Shown one piece after another: positions 32,688 to 44,249 of a stretch of 64,000 nt of DNA; positions within the stretch are counted from its first letter, which is position 1, and every line of letters begins with the position of its first letter. The stretch is from Paramoeba atlantica (taxonomy: Eukaryota; Protista; Discosea): positions 124,001 through 188,000 of the forward strand of contig CDRNVI010000071.1 in NCBI GenBank assembly GCA_977017575.1, in the 5' to 3' direction. A program made the position numbers and the translations under genes. Under the pieces are notes generated by a model. That model saw nothing but the letters and a program-made list of their open reading frames with translations. It made no database searches and was not told the origin of the DNA.

Positions 32688-33635
32688 TTATTTTTCCTTT
32701 GAGCTGCGGGCTGCCTTTTTATATTGCTTTTCTGTCATTCGTTCGACCGACGACTCAATGCACTGAGGCGACAATTTGCGTCGAGAAAGTACAGTTGTGA
32801 ACTTATTTCCAGTGAGACGAAGGGACGAAGTTTCTCCGTAGTATTTGAGAGAAGCTGGCAACTGACTTAAATTGACAACGCCGTCGAGCTGGTTGTCCTG
32901 AAGTTCCAGCGATTCTAACGCGCTTGGAAGCTGAGTAAGATCAACAATCCCTGTAAAAAAGTTTGCTTCCATTAACAATGCGTTTAAAGAAGAGGGGAGA
33001 TTGGTAAGAATGAGTTCCCCATTGAACAGATTTTCTTCCAACCGCAACAATTGGAGTGATTCAGGCATGTGCATAAGGTCTACTGATCCCGAAAAATCGT
33101 TCTTTGAGATGATCAATTCGCTTAATTGTGGGGGAAGTTGGGTAAGATCAGCAGGACCATCAAAATCATTCAAATAAATCCATAGATAAATCATTTCTTT
33201 CGGCAAACCTGTAAAGTCGAAATGACCATAATGCCCTTGGCATGAAAGATTTAGAAACTCCAGAGGAGAATTCAAATCTGAGGTAGCTAGAGGACCACGT
33301 AGAGAAATAACTTCACGCATGAGTTCGTTGACTGAAATGTCCGCGCGCACGACAGAGGAGGGAAGAAAAGACCATGTTAGGTTACCCTTTGAAGGCGTAT
33401 TGCGCCACTCGAGTTCGACAACCCTTTGCTCTGCATTACATTTCACTCCTCTCCACCGACACACGGAAGTACGATTCCACGAGGGGGGTTTATGCTCAAC
33501 GTGTTCAACAAATTTCGTCATGCGCTCCACTTCAGAGATTAAAGTTATATCCTGACGAATCCGAGCACCGTATTTGCGCCGTTTTTGTGGAGGCTCGTCC
33601 GCCGAGAAGAGAGAACGGAAAAATTGAGCAACCAT
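32688..33635 (-). CDS. LRR family protein, 315 aa from ATG 33635
   Basis: WNRTSVCRWRGVKC cap; LP-x-x-L-x-L-x-x-N repeats. Confidence 0.8.
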   Translation of the reverse strand: MVAQFFRSLFSADEPPQKRRKYGARIRQDITLISEVERMTKFVEHVEHKPPSWNRTSVCRWRGVKCNAEQRVVELEWRNTPSKGNLTWSFLPSSVVRADISVNELMREVISLRGPLATSDLNSPLEFLNLSCQGHYGHFDFTGLPKEMIYLWIYLNDFDGPADLTQLPPQLSELIISKNDFSGSVDLMHMPESLQLLRLEENLFNGELILTNLPSSLNALLMEANFFTGIVDLTQLPSALESLELQDNQLDGVVNLSQLPASLKYYGETSSLRLTGNKFTTVLSRRKLSPQCIESSVERMTEKQYKKAARSSKEK

Positions 33636-33714
33636 AAATAGAAGTATGGGACAACAAAGAATATCGACATCGAGTACATCGGAAGATTGCCAATAAATAT
33701 AAGGACCTACTATA

Positions 33715-33998
33715 CACCCCCTGCTTATGAGTTCCCCGGTTTTGAGAAAAAGGAAAATTCGGGCTCGCACCGCGAAGCGCCGCGGGTTCTACTTGACAAT
33801 GATACTAGCGTTATAAAGATTATCCGCTGAATGAGCGAGTTTGTAGAGCAGCCTGACGTACGGCTGTTGAGATTTTTATGAATTTTTGTTCAGTGCAAAA
33901 AAAATCACTTCGCGAAAAGTGGGTACAAAAACATTCGCCTTAGAAAAAGGAACTCATAAGCGTACCAGAATTGGGGCAACTCATAAGCAGGGGGGGGG
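33715..33998. mobile_element. MITE F
   Basis: TA|CACCCCCTGCTTATGAGTT...AACTCATAAGCAGGGGGGGG|TA. Confidence 0.8.
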
Positions 33999-34449
33999 TA
34001 TAGTATTTTTTTACGACACGTAAAAAGGCGCCGAAGTTTCTAATAAATGAATAACAGCATCATTGGCCTTGTCCTCACGCTACGAAAGGTGCACTTGAAC
34101 GAAGTTTCTAAACAAATTTACAAAATTTAGTTCGTACCAGCCATAAAGCACGCAACTAAGGTGCACCGCAAAATTGCGAACATATTAAAATTGAGCCCTC
34201 TTTCTTTTCCTAACCATTTAGAAATATAATAAGTACTGTTGATCAATTTACCTCCCAAATAAAGAGGCACAACTTTTCGAAGCGTCACAACGGCGAAAAA
34301 CGGACTTGGTCTAATTTTTAATTTCAAGGATAAATGCATGTAATTTATTGTCTAGATTCTTTCAACATGTACCCAATCTACCGCACATGCATCTTTTATT
34401 CTTATTATCCCCTTCGCAAAAAAAACTCTTTTTACACAACCCCCCACAT

Positions 34450-35130
34450 TTACGGCGTCTTTATCGTCTCCTCCCCAGGCTTCCAGTTACACGGCATCAC
34501 CTCCCCCTTATGCTCATCCGCGTACTGCACCGCCTGCAACAGCCTCAGCGTCTCCTCCACACTCCGTCCAATCGGCAAATCATTCACTGTACTCTGTCGC
34601 AGTACCCCCGACTTGTCAATAATAAACTGCCCCCGCAACGCCACCCCCTCCTCCTCGACCAGCACCCCGTAATCCTTTGCAATCTCCTTCGTCAGGTCAC
34701 TGAGCAGCGGGAGTTTCATCTCCGGTCCCAGACCCCCGGCCTCCCGGGGCTGCGCACACCAGGCCTGGTGGCTGTACACGCTGTCCACGGAGATCGCGAG
34801 CACCGTGGTGTTGCGGCTCGTGAACTCCTCGAGACGGTCGTTGTACGCGAGCAGCTCGGTGGGGCACACAAAGGTGAAGTCGAGGGGGTAGAACAGCAGC
34901 ACGACGTACCGCCCCCGGAGCTCGGTGAGGGCGATGGGCTTGGGGGAGAGGGCACCGTTGACCACCGCCTTTGCGGTGAACAGGGGGGCCTCTTTGCGTA
35001 CGGTGGCGATTTGGAAGGTTTCGTAGTCCGCGTAGCAACGGGGGAAAGGGGTGCGGGAGAGGAGACGTCGGGTGGTGGTGGTGAGGGAGAGGAGAGCACG
35101 GTGAAGGGGGGGAGAGGAAAAGGCACGCAT
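34450..35130 (-). CDS. 2-Cys peroxiredoxin (mitochondrial tryparedoxin peroxidase-like)
   Basis: FYPLDFTFVCPTE; GEVMPCNWKPG resolving motif; N-terminal presequence. Confidence 0.92.
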   Translation of the reverse strand: MRAFSSPPLHRALLSLTTTTRRLLSRTPFPRCYADYETFQIATVRKEAPLFTAKAVVNGALSPKPIALTELRGRYVVLLFYPLDFTFVCPTELLAYNDRLEEFTSRNTTVLAISVDSVYSHQAWCAQPREAGGLGPEMKLPLLSDLTKEIAKDYGVLVEEEGVALRGQFIIDKSGVLRQSTVNDLPIGRSVEETLRLLQAVQYADEHKGEVMPCNWKPGEETIKTP

Positions 35131-35328
35131 GGGAAAGGGAGAGAGAGGGAAAGGGTAAAAAAAGTTTTTTTTTTGTTTTTGAAAAAAGTGTTCTCTTTTG
35201 AAGAAATGGGTTGATGTGGTAAAGAGGTGTGGGACTTATCGTACTCATTCGTGTATTGGGGTACACCCCAGCTATTGTTTTATAATTTATTAGTATCGAC
35301 CACAAATTTTGATGGATGCTACCAGGTA

Positions 35329-35990
35329 ATTGCGGCGGTTGTATAACTACCGCTCTATCCTCGATTATTGACAAAAAATCAGAGGCCCCTAAAACTAATT
35401 ACAGATAGTTTATAGTGTTTCAAGAAAATTTATGGTACTATAAACCTCGTTTATTGCGGTGGTTGTATAACTACCGCTCTACCCTCGATTATTGAAAAAA
35501 AGTGAACAAAAACAGTGAAAATATAAAGAGGAACACAGTAATATAATAAAAGAAAAAAATATAAAAGGGGGCCCCGGTGGTCCAAAACTGAAAAAAAAAT
35601 TTCAAAAAAATGGGGTGTCTAGGGGGGGGGTCCTTGGGGGGGGTCCAGGGGGGAGTCCAGGGGGGGGCATACGTCGCGATTTTTTTTTCGAATTTTTTGC
35701 TTTTCAAAATCGAGCGCAGGGAAGTGGTAGAGTAGGCCGCGGCGATGACTTTCCACCCCCACCTGGGGGTACCCCCCCCTGGTACGCGCAGGAGGGGTCC
35801 GACAAGGTCAAAATTTCCGAAATTTTTGGGAGGACCAAAAAACAATTTTTTTGACCCCAAAAAAAGTAAAAATATTATTTTTCCGAAATCGACTCCTAAA
35901 ACATATTTTAAGAGTTTTGGACCTCAGCTACCATTATGCGACGTTTTTTTCGACAGAATCGCCTCCTGCCTCTACTGGGGGCAATTGTGC
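35329..35990 (+). mobile_element. Family A: stub at 35329 plus a partial copy from 35453
   Basis: ATTGCGGTGGTTGTATAACTACCGCTCTACCCTCGATTATTG followed by conserved body. Confidence 0.8.
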
Positions 35991-36045
35991 AAATCCCGTT
36001 AAAATTGTCTATTAAAGGATACAATTCTCTTCTATTAAGTTCCAA

Positions 36046-37730
36046 ATGGGAAAACGACATAGATTAAACTTCCGTCATGTATCGCCCGAGCATGCATCCT
36101 ACGGCACACGGATTGTGAGCGCGCACGAAGTGCATCAAGGCAAGTCTATGAGGGAAACAGCATGTATGATGAATTGCGGAAAGAGCAGTGTTCATCGCTA
36201 TGTTGAGCGATTTGCCAAAACAGGTGATGTGCAACGGAAAAACTACGTACGTAGTCCTACGGTTATCACAGACGAGTTTAAGCAAACGCTTGTTACTCTT
36301 GTAGAGAGTGAACGTAGTAACCCGCACGGGTGTCCGGGATTTAAATGGGTGTACAAAAGACTTGATCGAAACCTCTACCCCTGCGGTCTCATGACTGTGA
36401 AACGAGCCTTGAAAAAGATGGGGTACGTCATGAAAACGATGATTCGAAAGCCTGTACTAACTCCTTTACATAAGGAAAACCGTCTGCGTCTCGCAGAATA
36501 TTTTGAAGGTCTGTCAGAGAGTCAACTTCAGAATGTCATCTGGACAGACGAAAAACTTTTTCGTTGCAGTACACACGGTAAAAAGATTACCTACCTCGCC
36601 CATAAGGACGATCCCGATCGTGAACCACCACCCCAAACTGATCGTTGGTATGGGGGGAAGGGTGTTCTTGTATGGATAGGTGTCAGCCTTAAATGGGGTA
36701 TACCACCTCATTGTTTTCACGAGTTTGGGGAGCACAACACCGTAAGTAATGACTCTTTTTTCAAGGTCATGAGTAAAAGGAACGGCTTTTTTAATTGGGT
36801 TCGGCGCCGACCATGTTCCATCATTGTTCTTGACAATGCACCGGGTCATGGGCAAACCTGTCGTGCGGGATTGCAAGCAGGCCTAAACATTATTGATTGG
36901 CCCTCAAAGTCACCTGACTTAAACTTGATAGAAAACTTGTGGTCAATCATGGATGACTACATTCATCATACCCCTGCCGGGTCGATGGGTAATTACCCAT
37001 TAGCGGGTCTGTGCGGGTAAATTACCCGGGTCTGTGACCCAGTTACCCGCACCGACCCACACAGACCCGCATCGGCGCACTAGCCATTAAATACAAAATA
37101 ATTTCCTCTCAAGTGTGCTGATTTGTAGGATTGGCACGGAATGCTCTATGTACAGAAACGGTATCTTTAGCGTTGAGGAATTCCTTCCATAAGAAGAATT
37201 CCCTCTACTGATTTTCTTGTGTCGCCCATCTATTTTTTTTATTTATTTTTTGGTGTGAACCCCCTAGGCCAACCAGAAGCCTACCCCTAACACCGCAATG
37301 GTACCAATTTTCTTTATTTTTTCTATGAATTTCATAGTTCTTTGCGTCCGAAAAATAGGCATGAATTGCGAGAGGCCATACCCAAGGTTATTGAATATCT
37401 CCTAACCGAAAAGCGGGATATCCTAGAGAAGACTCTGAAGAGCCTCCCAAAACGGTTAGAAGAGTTACGAAAGTGTAACGGAGGGGTTATTTCATACTAA
37501 ATAACTTTTTCAATGCCTTTTAAGACATTTTTATCCACATTTTCAAATGTGCAAATTTTGAAAAAAATCGTTTTTGTCGTACACACCCTACTTTTTAGAT
37601 GTGTTTAAATAGGCGCAAAATGTCGTTCCGATCATATTCGCGTCGAGATCTCTCTTTTGCAACAAAAATCAAATGAAACGGACACGTGGCACAAAAATGG
37701 CGGGTGTCCCGATATTGGTGATCCCCCCTG
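36046..37730 (+). mobile_element. Tc1-like transposon (DD32E); transposase interrupted by a ~370-bp insertion near 36960-37325
   Basis: HTH region, WTDEK, DNAPGH, WPSKSPDLNLIENLW; C-terminus resumes SSLRPKNR...GGVISY at 37500; end CCCCCCTG|TA. Confidence 0.85.
37150..37177 (-). other. Relict spliced-leader-like sequence
   Basis: Minus strand TCAACGCTAAAGATACCGTTTCTGTAC. Confidence 0.6.
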
Positions 37731-38541
37731 TATAGTACTATAAAAACTATATGGTGTTTATCAGTGTTTCATGTCCAGAAAGGTCCGAGCGCCTGCTCGG
37801 TAGACAGATCGGTCGATGGACTTGGAGGAATTTCGCGGAGCAGGAGAGAGCCGATGGAGGTGTAGAGGCTTAGAGGGGTCACGAGATGTTAGGTGGAACA
37901 AGTGGTGTGGATACGCTGACGCGTAGAAAAAAGTGAAAAGAGTTGTAGTTTTTGTGCAGAAATGGAAAAAGACGGGATCCTATCGCTCACAACAAGTTCT
38001 TCCCATAATGCTCTTTCCTTGTAGCGTGCAAACCGCATTACAGCTGTCCAACGAGTTCCCGTTAGATCACTCGTTGGATCCTAGACGTGGCGTATTCAAT
38101 GGCAAGGTAAAACACAAAAACACAACGCAGAGCCTGTAAGATTCAATATCTGCAAAATTCATAATCTTTTGAAGAAATTTGAAGAATCACTTACCCCCTA
38201 TTCCACATTTACACATTATACTTCGACAGGAAAAGCGACCTAAGAAGACAAGGCGTCTGGGCTGGAACACATCTGAAATTAAAGTAGGTCGACTTCCCCA
38301 TCGACTTCAACGGAGTGAAAAAACGATTTGAGCTTGACCACGACGCTCGTTGGGCATAATGATGAGAAAAATAGTAAGAAATCTTTCAAGAAAACGGGAG
38401 TGATAAAAATAAATTGCGTCGAGTCGGCATTTCAAGCAATACTTTCAGAAAAAACCTACTAAGAAAAATAGTAAAAAAATATAGTTTTAATATATAGTGT
38501 TTCAAAGTTTATAGTACTATAATAGTACTATAAAATAGTTT

Positions 38542-39190
38542 GGGTACAGACCACTTATATTGCACCCACTTTCAAAATAATGCTATGAATGTATTGAAAT
38601 GTTTTCTTCCGCAGCGTAACTTCACACACTTTATCTCACTTCCTCCTTCCGCCTACTTTACGTCAAAAAAATATTGCAGTATGCTTAAAGTTAGCCACTT
38701 TACACGTCAAATGCCCATGCACAGATAAAATGCTTGTGGGCAGATAAACTGCCAATGGACAGATAAAATGCCACAAAAAAAAGCTTGGCGTCAGTGCCAC
38801 ATGACAGACGGGGAAGACCGCTAGGAGGTCCCATGTTGGACCATGTTGCCCCATGTTAGGGCTGTGGGAAATATTGAGAAGACTCCTAGTTTGCCTGTCT
38901 GGAGGTAAGGCCCAACTTTGAGCGTAGCCCACGTCTGTGAGCAAAGCCCAACTGTGGACGTAGCCCTGGGACAGAATTATATTTTAGCTCCCCTGCACAC
39001 AGAAGCGAGCGGGGGCGCGTACTAAGAACCAACGTTTGTCCCTTCCGCAGGATTGTGTACTTGTTTTCCTATGTTGTGTGACCGGGCGTGTGATCCAGTA
39101 GCTTTTTAGGCTATGCTGTCCATTTCAACTCTGTGGCACAGTTTGACCCAAAAACTAGAAAAGTGGGTGCAATATAAGTGGGCATTACCC
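38542..39190. mobile_element. Merlin-like non-autonomous element
   Basis: ~30-bp TIR GGGTA...CCACTTATATTGCACCCACTTT; 8-bp TSD AATAGTTT at 38534-38541 and 39191-39198. Confidence 0.75.
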
Positions 39191-39440
39191 AATAGTTTTT
39201 GTAGTTTTACGGACCTCTGCAAAAAATGAACAAAAAAAGTGAAAATATAAAGAGGAACACAGTGATAAAGATTAAAAAAATATGTTTTTATCTTTTATTT
39301 TTGAAGAGGGCTAAAATCAGCGGGAACGTGCAGATCTCAAAATTTTGAACGACAAAGTGGTGCTGTCACCCCCCTAGCAAATCTGAAGAGAGTGAATCCC
39401 CTAAAAAGGCTGTGTGGCCCTCAACATAATTTCTAAAAAG

Positions 39441-39787
39441 CAAAGAGAAAGTCAAAAACACGGAAGTTGAACTCAAAAAGGCTAAAAAGGAGTTGGAGTC
39501 CGAGTACACGGATCTCGATCCCTTTTCGATCATCGTTAAATGTATTCCTGTAGAGGTGAGCAAGGAAAGCTTTCGAAGGAAACTTTTTTTCGTCCTTCGG
39601 AGCGATAGTGAAAATGACCCTTCTGTCTAACAAACATCTCGCCTTTGTTTGTTATGAAACAATTGAGCAGGCGAAACGTGCTGAACACTCATGCCGAATC
39701 ATGCAAGTGCATCTAAAAGGGAAAAGCAAAAAGCGGAACAGGATTAAGATTCGTAAGGGGTCAAGGGATCGAAAAAAGCTTTTTTAA
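39441..39787 (+). pseudogene. RRM-domain pseudogene fragment
   Basis: SIIVKCIPVEVS...(frameshift in T-run)...SSFGAIVKMTLLSNKHLAFVCYETIEQAKRA. Confidence 0.55.
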
Positions 39788-39954
39788 GGGATAAATTTTA
39801 CCATTTTTCTGTTTCTTTTCCGTTTGCATCAATATGGAAAGCGCACAACGGGTTTGTTGCACATTCGGCAAATAGAGGTTGTGCATGAAACAGTTGACAT
39901 CTGATGATATAGTCCAATTTTTCGAGGGTAGAGCGGTAGTTTTACAATCACCGC

Positions 39955-40085
39955 AACCGTAATAATAATGTGAAAGGTAATAATAATCCGAAATGGTAAT
40001 AATAACCTGCGAAATGTAATAATAATCCGAAACAGTAATAATAACCCAAAAGGTAACAATAATCCGAAATGTAACATTAATCCGC
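39955..40085. repeat. ~20-bp minisatellite
   Basis: GTAATAATAATCCGAAA units. Confidence 0.7.
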
Positions 40086-40879
40086 CCCCCGGTTTAATTT
40101 TGTAGCCCTTGTGAATCATAATTATGAATAATACTTACATAGAGTACATGTGTATTATACGCATGTACCACCCGTACAGTACAGGTGTGAAATCACAAGA
40201 AAGTTTAGTCGGATAGCATAACACGGTCGGTAACTTATTGATATCAGAGAATGGATTAATTTGATCGGTTTCATGCGTTTTCAAAAGTGTCTTTTCATCA
40301 CGAAAGTTTGCATATCGTAGTGCGCGCACTGATTGTGAATTTTTTAATTTATATTACACTGGTAACTAATATTTATTGAGTTTTAAATCATTGGCGAAGC
40401 TATGCAACTTTACGACATAGAAGAAGGACTCCTGAGCTCAGCTCCAAGAGCTGGCCATGTACATGTAGACCCTATGTAAGAATTATAAAAAGCGTAGCTG
40501 GAGGAAACAAATACGCGAATCTAGAGTAATTAGTAAAATTTATGAGTGGATAGCATGAGGAATGGCAAAGAAAGTAAATCCCCCCAAAAAAAACGTTAAA
40601 CAAAAGTTTACGCCAACCTTTGTTCTATTGCACTCAAAGTTTTCTACTCCATTATACAGTAAAATCTCCTTCATATTTCTTCTTCCGAATTTTTTCTACA
40701 AATGCACCCTGGTCTCACACCCCAGCCTTCTCGACGCATGAGTAAAACCGTGCTGCCGGGGAGATCACTCGGTTGTGGGAGCGGGCCCCTTAAGTGGGAA
40801 GCGACAGGGCATAGCAACTCCCTCATTTAGGGGTAAAAATGGCCCACATTTCCTAATGCAGTTCTTTGTACTGTGACTA

Positions 40880-40999
40880 CAGTGCGCCCAGATAGTAAAG
40901 TTTTTTTTTAGTAGTTACCACCGATTTTGGGTAACTACTAAAAAAAACTTTACTATTTGGGAAAACCGTTTTTTGGGACTTTACTAACTGGGCGCACTG
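40880..40999. mobile_element. 120-bp MITE with internal hairpin
   Basis: TA|CAGTGCGCCCAG...CTGGGCGCACTG|TA. Confidence 0.85.
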
Positions 41000-41067
41000 T
41001 ATATTGTTTTTCCAAGCATCAAGAAAGGAGGTAGTCAGGGAATATTACGTAGATCTATTAATAGGAA

Positions 41068-41916
41068 CTATAAATCACACCTCAAAGAGAGTGGAAATGG
41101 ATATGGTTCCACAGAAGAAATTTTGTTCCCTTTAAGGTCAATCGAAATCAATTGTTTGGATGCAGTTCGGAGGTCAACATGCCCAGTAAACGCATTATTT
41201 CTTAGTAAGATATATCTCAATTTGGATGGAATAGAATCAAAGCTCAATTCGCCGCACAGTTTATTATTGTCGACGTCAAGCCGTACGAGAGTAGTTGGTA
41301 AGGTCTTAAGAGTCAGGCCCCCATAAAACATGTTGTTGGCCAGGTACATTTTTTCCAGCCTTGGAGGTAAGTTAGTCAAGTCAAGCTCCCCAGAAAGTAA
41401 ATTTTCTTGAAGATCTAGCATGGTTAGACCTCGAGGTAAAGAACATAGAGACACAGACCCCTCAAACCGATTCCTCGCTGCTTCAAAACCAATCAGATCT
41501 GCAGGAAGCTTATCTAAGTCGATCCCCCCCGTCATGTTATTAGCATCTATGACGAACGTTCTGAGTCGCGGAGGCAGCTCCAAAACCGGAAGTATGCCTG
41601 TAATTGAGTTCTGATTTTCCCAGCTAAAATACTTTCCCAGAATCAAAGTCTCTACGGTCACTGGAATATGGCGCCAGGATATTGTACCTTGAAGACCCAC
41701 AGCCGGCCACCTCATCTCACTCACTTGGCGACTCGCATCACACGTTATGCCATGCCATGCACACGCAGGCGTCTCCGTAGTCCATGAAGGGTCACGATTC
41801 GAAATGTTGCCGACAACACGGGCGAGATCATATTCTTGCGGAAGGGAAGGACCACGCGCGCGAGCCGGCTTTCGTGTAGGGACACTATCCGCAGTATCCA
41901 GGATTAGCCTCATCAT
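41068..41916 (-). CDS. LRR family protein, 282 aa
   Basis: LPQEYDL...TPACAWHGITC; ~7 LRRs. Confidence 0.85.
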   Translation of the reverse strand: MMRLILDTADSVPTRKPARARGPSLPQEYDLARVVGNISNRDPSWTTETPACAWHGITCDASRQVSEMRWPAVGLQGTISWRHIPVTVETLILGKYFSWENQNSITGILPVLELPPRLRTFVIDANNMTGGIDLDKLPADLIGFEAARNRFEGSVSLCSLPRGLTMLDLQENLLSGELDLTNLPPRLEKMYLANNMFYGGLTLKTLPTTLVRLDVDNNKLCGELSFDSIPSKLRYILLRNNAFTGHVDLRTASKQLISIDLKGNKISSVEPYPFPLSLRCDL

Positions 41917-42262
41917 TTAAAGTAGATACGTTCAAGATGCAACAAGGTATAGATTCCAAAATGAACAGAAGCAGTACGGAAACTGCTTATGAAGAAAGGA
42001 ATAAGGCACCCCACTTATTAAAAACAATAATGCGAAAATCGTCACTATAGAAATCGAGCAGCAAATCTCGTTCGTCCTTCGGCCTGAAACAAACACAAGG
42101 TGCGCAAGCTGCGCACAATTTTGCATCAGTTCCTAGGTCGAACTGTGTAATGTCTATGAAGTTAAAATTCAATCACTAAATAGAGGGGGGCGAGGTACAA
42201 AATAGTATAAACACAAAACAGTGTAAGTAGTGAATAAGGGGGACGGCATAATTACAAAATTT

Positions 42263-42332
42263 TTAGTCTCTTCGTTAAACACGGTGGTTGTTTTCAACTT
42301 AGAAGGCACCACTGATGCGCGCTTCTCGTTGA
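42263..42332. repeat. Partial family A hairpin
   Basis: TTAGTCTCTTCGTTAAACACGGTGGTTGTTTTCAACTTAGAAG. Confidence 0.7.
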
Positions 42333-42406
42333 GCGCATGTGAAACGTACATGGGTGGGCGCCTTCAGAGTAAAATACACTTCAGAGTAAAATACGGCAAA
42401 CCATAA

Positions 42407-43258
42407 TCATGTTTCTCGTACGCTTATTAGGGTATGCAAGGTTTTAAAAGCTGCCTCGTTCGTAGTATAAGTGTAGGAAAATAGACCCCTCCACTCCTTG
42501 ATATGCATCTGTTTTGGTAAAGCTGAGGGACGGTACATGCCCTTTAAATTCGTATTGTCTGAAAGATCCAAAAAGGACAAATTCGAGGGGAGGTTCTCCA
42601 GGTTAACGTCACCAACAAATCTATTTTTTGAGAGATCTAGGCGGACCATTGAATATGGTAGCTCTGCTAGATTTAGAAACCCAGAAAAGTAATTGGATCT
42701 CAAGGATAATACCGTCAGAGCAGGTGGCAAGCTCAAAAGGTGAAGATAACCATCAAACTTGTTTCCAGAGAGCTCAATAACATTAACGCTGCGCGGAAAG
42801 TCTGTCGGACACGGATTTCCCGTAAAAAAATTAGAAAATACTTCAAAATTTAATATCAGCGGTGGCAAGTCTGTCGTCGAGACAGATCCGGAAAGTTGGT
42901 TGTTACCCAATTCTAAATATTTGAGCGTTCTTGGTAAGTATTGCCAGCGCAACGCACCTCGAAGTCGCATGCTACTCCAAAGCAATTCTTTTACGTTGAT
43001 GTCAACCGATTCGTGGTAGTCAATAAAAAATGAAGACGATGATTTGCCAGTCCTCGATTTAGGCCTCCCTCGCATGAAGCGTTCCCCTATTTTGACGCCA
43101 TTCCATTGACAGGCCGGCGCGTTGATATTCCATGTACTGTCTGGGTTCTCTATGTCCTTTATTAGCTCTGTAAGTTCGTACTCTTGTGGAAGAGAAGCCC
43201 CCACTTTTCCTAGGCGAGTAGAAGTATTATCGGCATCCGCTGCGCATATTCTCAGCAT
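42407..43258 (-). CDS. LRR family protein, 283 aa from ATG 43258
   Basis: GKVGASLPQEYEL...APACQWNGV; LRRs. Confidence 0.85.
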   Translation of the reverse strand: MLRICAADADNTSTRLGKVGASLPQEYELTELIKDIENPDSTWNINAPACQWNGVKIGERFMRGRPKSRTGKSSSSFFIDYHESVDINVKELLWSSMRLRGALRWQYLPRTLKYLELGNNQLSGSVSTTDLPPLILNFEVFSNFFTGNPCPTDFPRSVNVIELSGNKFDGYLHLLSLPPALTVLSLRSNYFSGFLNLAELPYSMVRLDLSKNRFVGDVNLENLPSNLSFLDLSDNTNLKGMYRPSALPKQMHIKEWRGLFSYTYTTNEAAFKTLHTLISVRET

Positions 43259-43697
43259 CGATGATAAAGTAAACAAGGAGAAATATGAGTCAAATCGATA
43301 GAAGTGACATATTATGATACACACCGAAAAAATATCTAAAACGGGCTCCCACTTTTGTAGTCCCTCAAATCTCAATGTGTGTGAACCGTCGTAAATATCT
43401 AAGTTCTACCTTACTTCGAGTTTACTTTTGTGTAACTGTCTGTTCATAAAAAACTGTACATACAAACTTTATAAAATCCTTTAAACAGGAAATGCCACCA
43501 ACTTTGTTTATCTAAATAAATTCAATGACAGCTGGGTTATAACACAGCTGATGATACGTTGATCGCGACATTGCAACTCTTTAAAATTGAGGCTACCTTG
43601 TTGTATTGACATTCTACAATGTAAATACACACCCGTATGCCTTTGCCTACTTTTCTTTTTGACTAAACGTCTTCACATTCACTTTTTTTCAGCCTTC

Positions 43698-44249
43698 TCA
43701 TCGCACGAGACGACGAATCAGTGTCATATCCTTCGGCATGACGGTGACCCGTTTCCCGTGCAGCGCAGCCAGGTTCGAGTTCTCAAGAAAGTTCAGCATG
43801 CTCGCTTCGACCCCTTCCTGCAGGGCCATTACGGCCTCCCGTCGCATACGGTTGCCTGCCTTTGCCCAGCTCTCGGGTAAGTTCTGGCTCAGGATCTTCA
43901 CAAATCGAGCCCGGGGGATAAGCAGCTCGGTTCCTTTTTGAAGTTTCTTAATGGTACGCAACACGACGGTGCCAGGGCGGAAGCGACGTACCTTTGGGCG
44001 CACGACCGAGGAGAGCTCTGCGGCTGCAGAAGGCTTTACGGGTTTCTGCTTCTTCAAGGGCCGCGCATTGGTGGGCGTTGTCTTCTTTGCAGAGTTTCTT
44101 TTCTTCGCGACCGGTCGTGAAGCGGGGGAGAGGGAGGGGGTGCGGTGGGGGTAGGGGTTCGCCATTGGCTTTGGTGGACCTTTGTGAGTGGCTTTCGTCG
44201 AGATACCTTGTCGAGGAACCCGTCGGGTGCTTGCTTTGGTACGTGCCAT
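43698..44249 (-). CDS. Histone H3 variant with a long N-terminal tail, 183 aa
   Basis: MARTK start; RRFRPGTVVL, ELLIP, AVMALQE and HGKRVTVMPKD. Confidence 0.88.
   Translation of the reverse strand: MARTKASTRRVPRQGISTKATHKGPPKPMANPYPHRTPSLSPASRPVAKKRNSAKKTTPTNARPLKKQKPVKPSAAAELSSVVRPKVRRFRPGTVVLRTIKKLQKGTELLIPRARFVKILSQNLPESWAKAGNRMRREAVMALQEGVEASMLNFLENSNLAALHGKRVTVMPKDMTLIRRLVR

Noticed and set aside
40695-40800. Possible HDV-like ribozyme or structured RNA
   Set aside because: The P1 partner matches only 4 nt in the required order, and there is a single copy with no covariation
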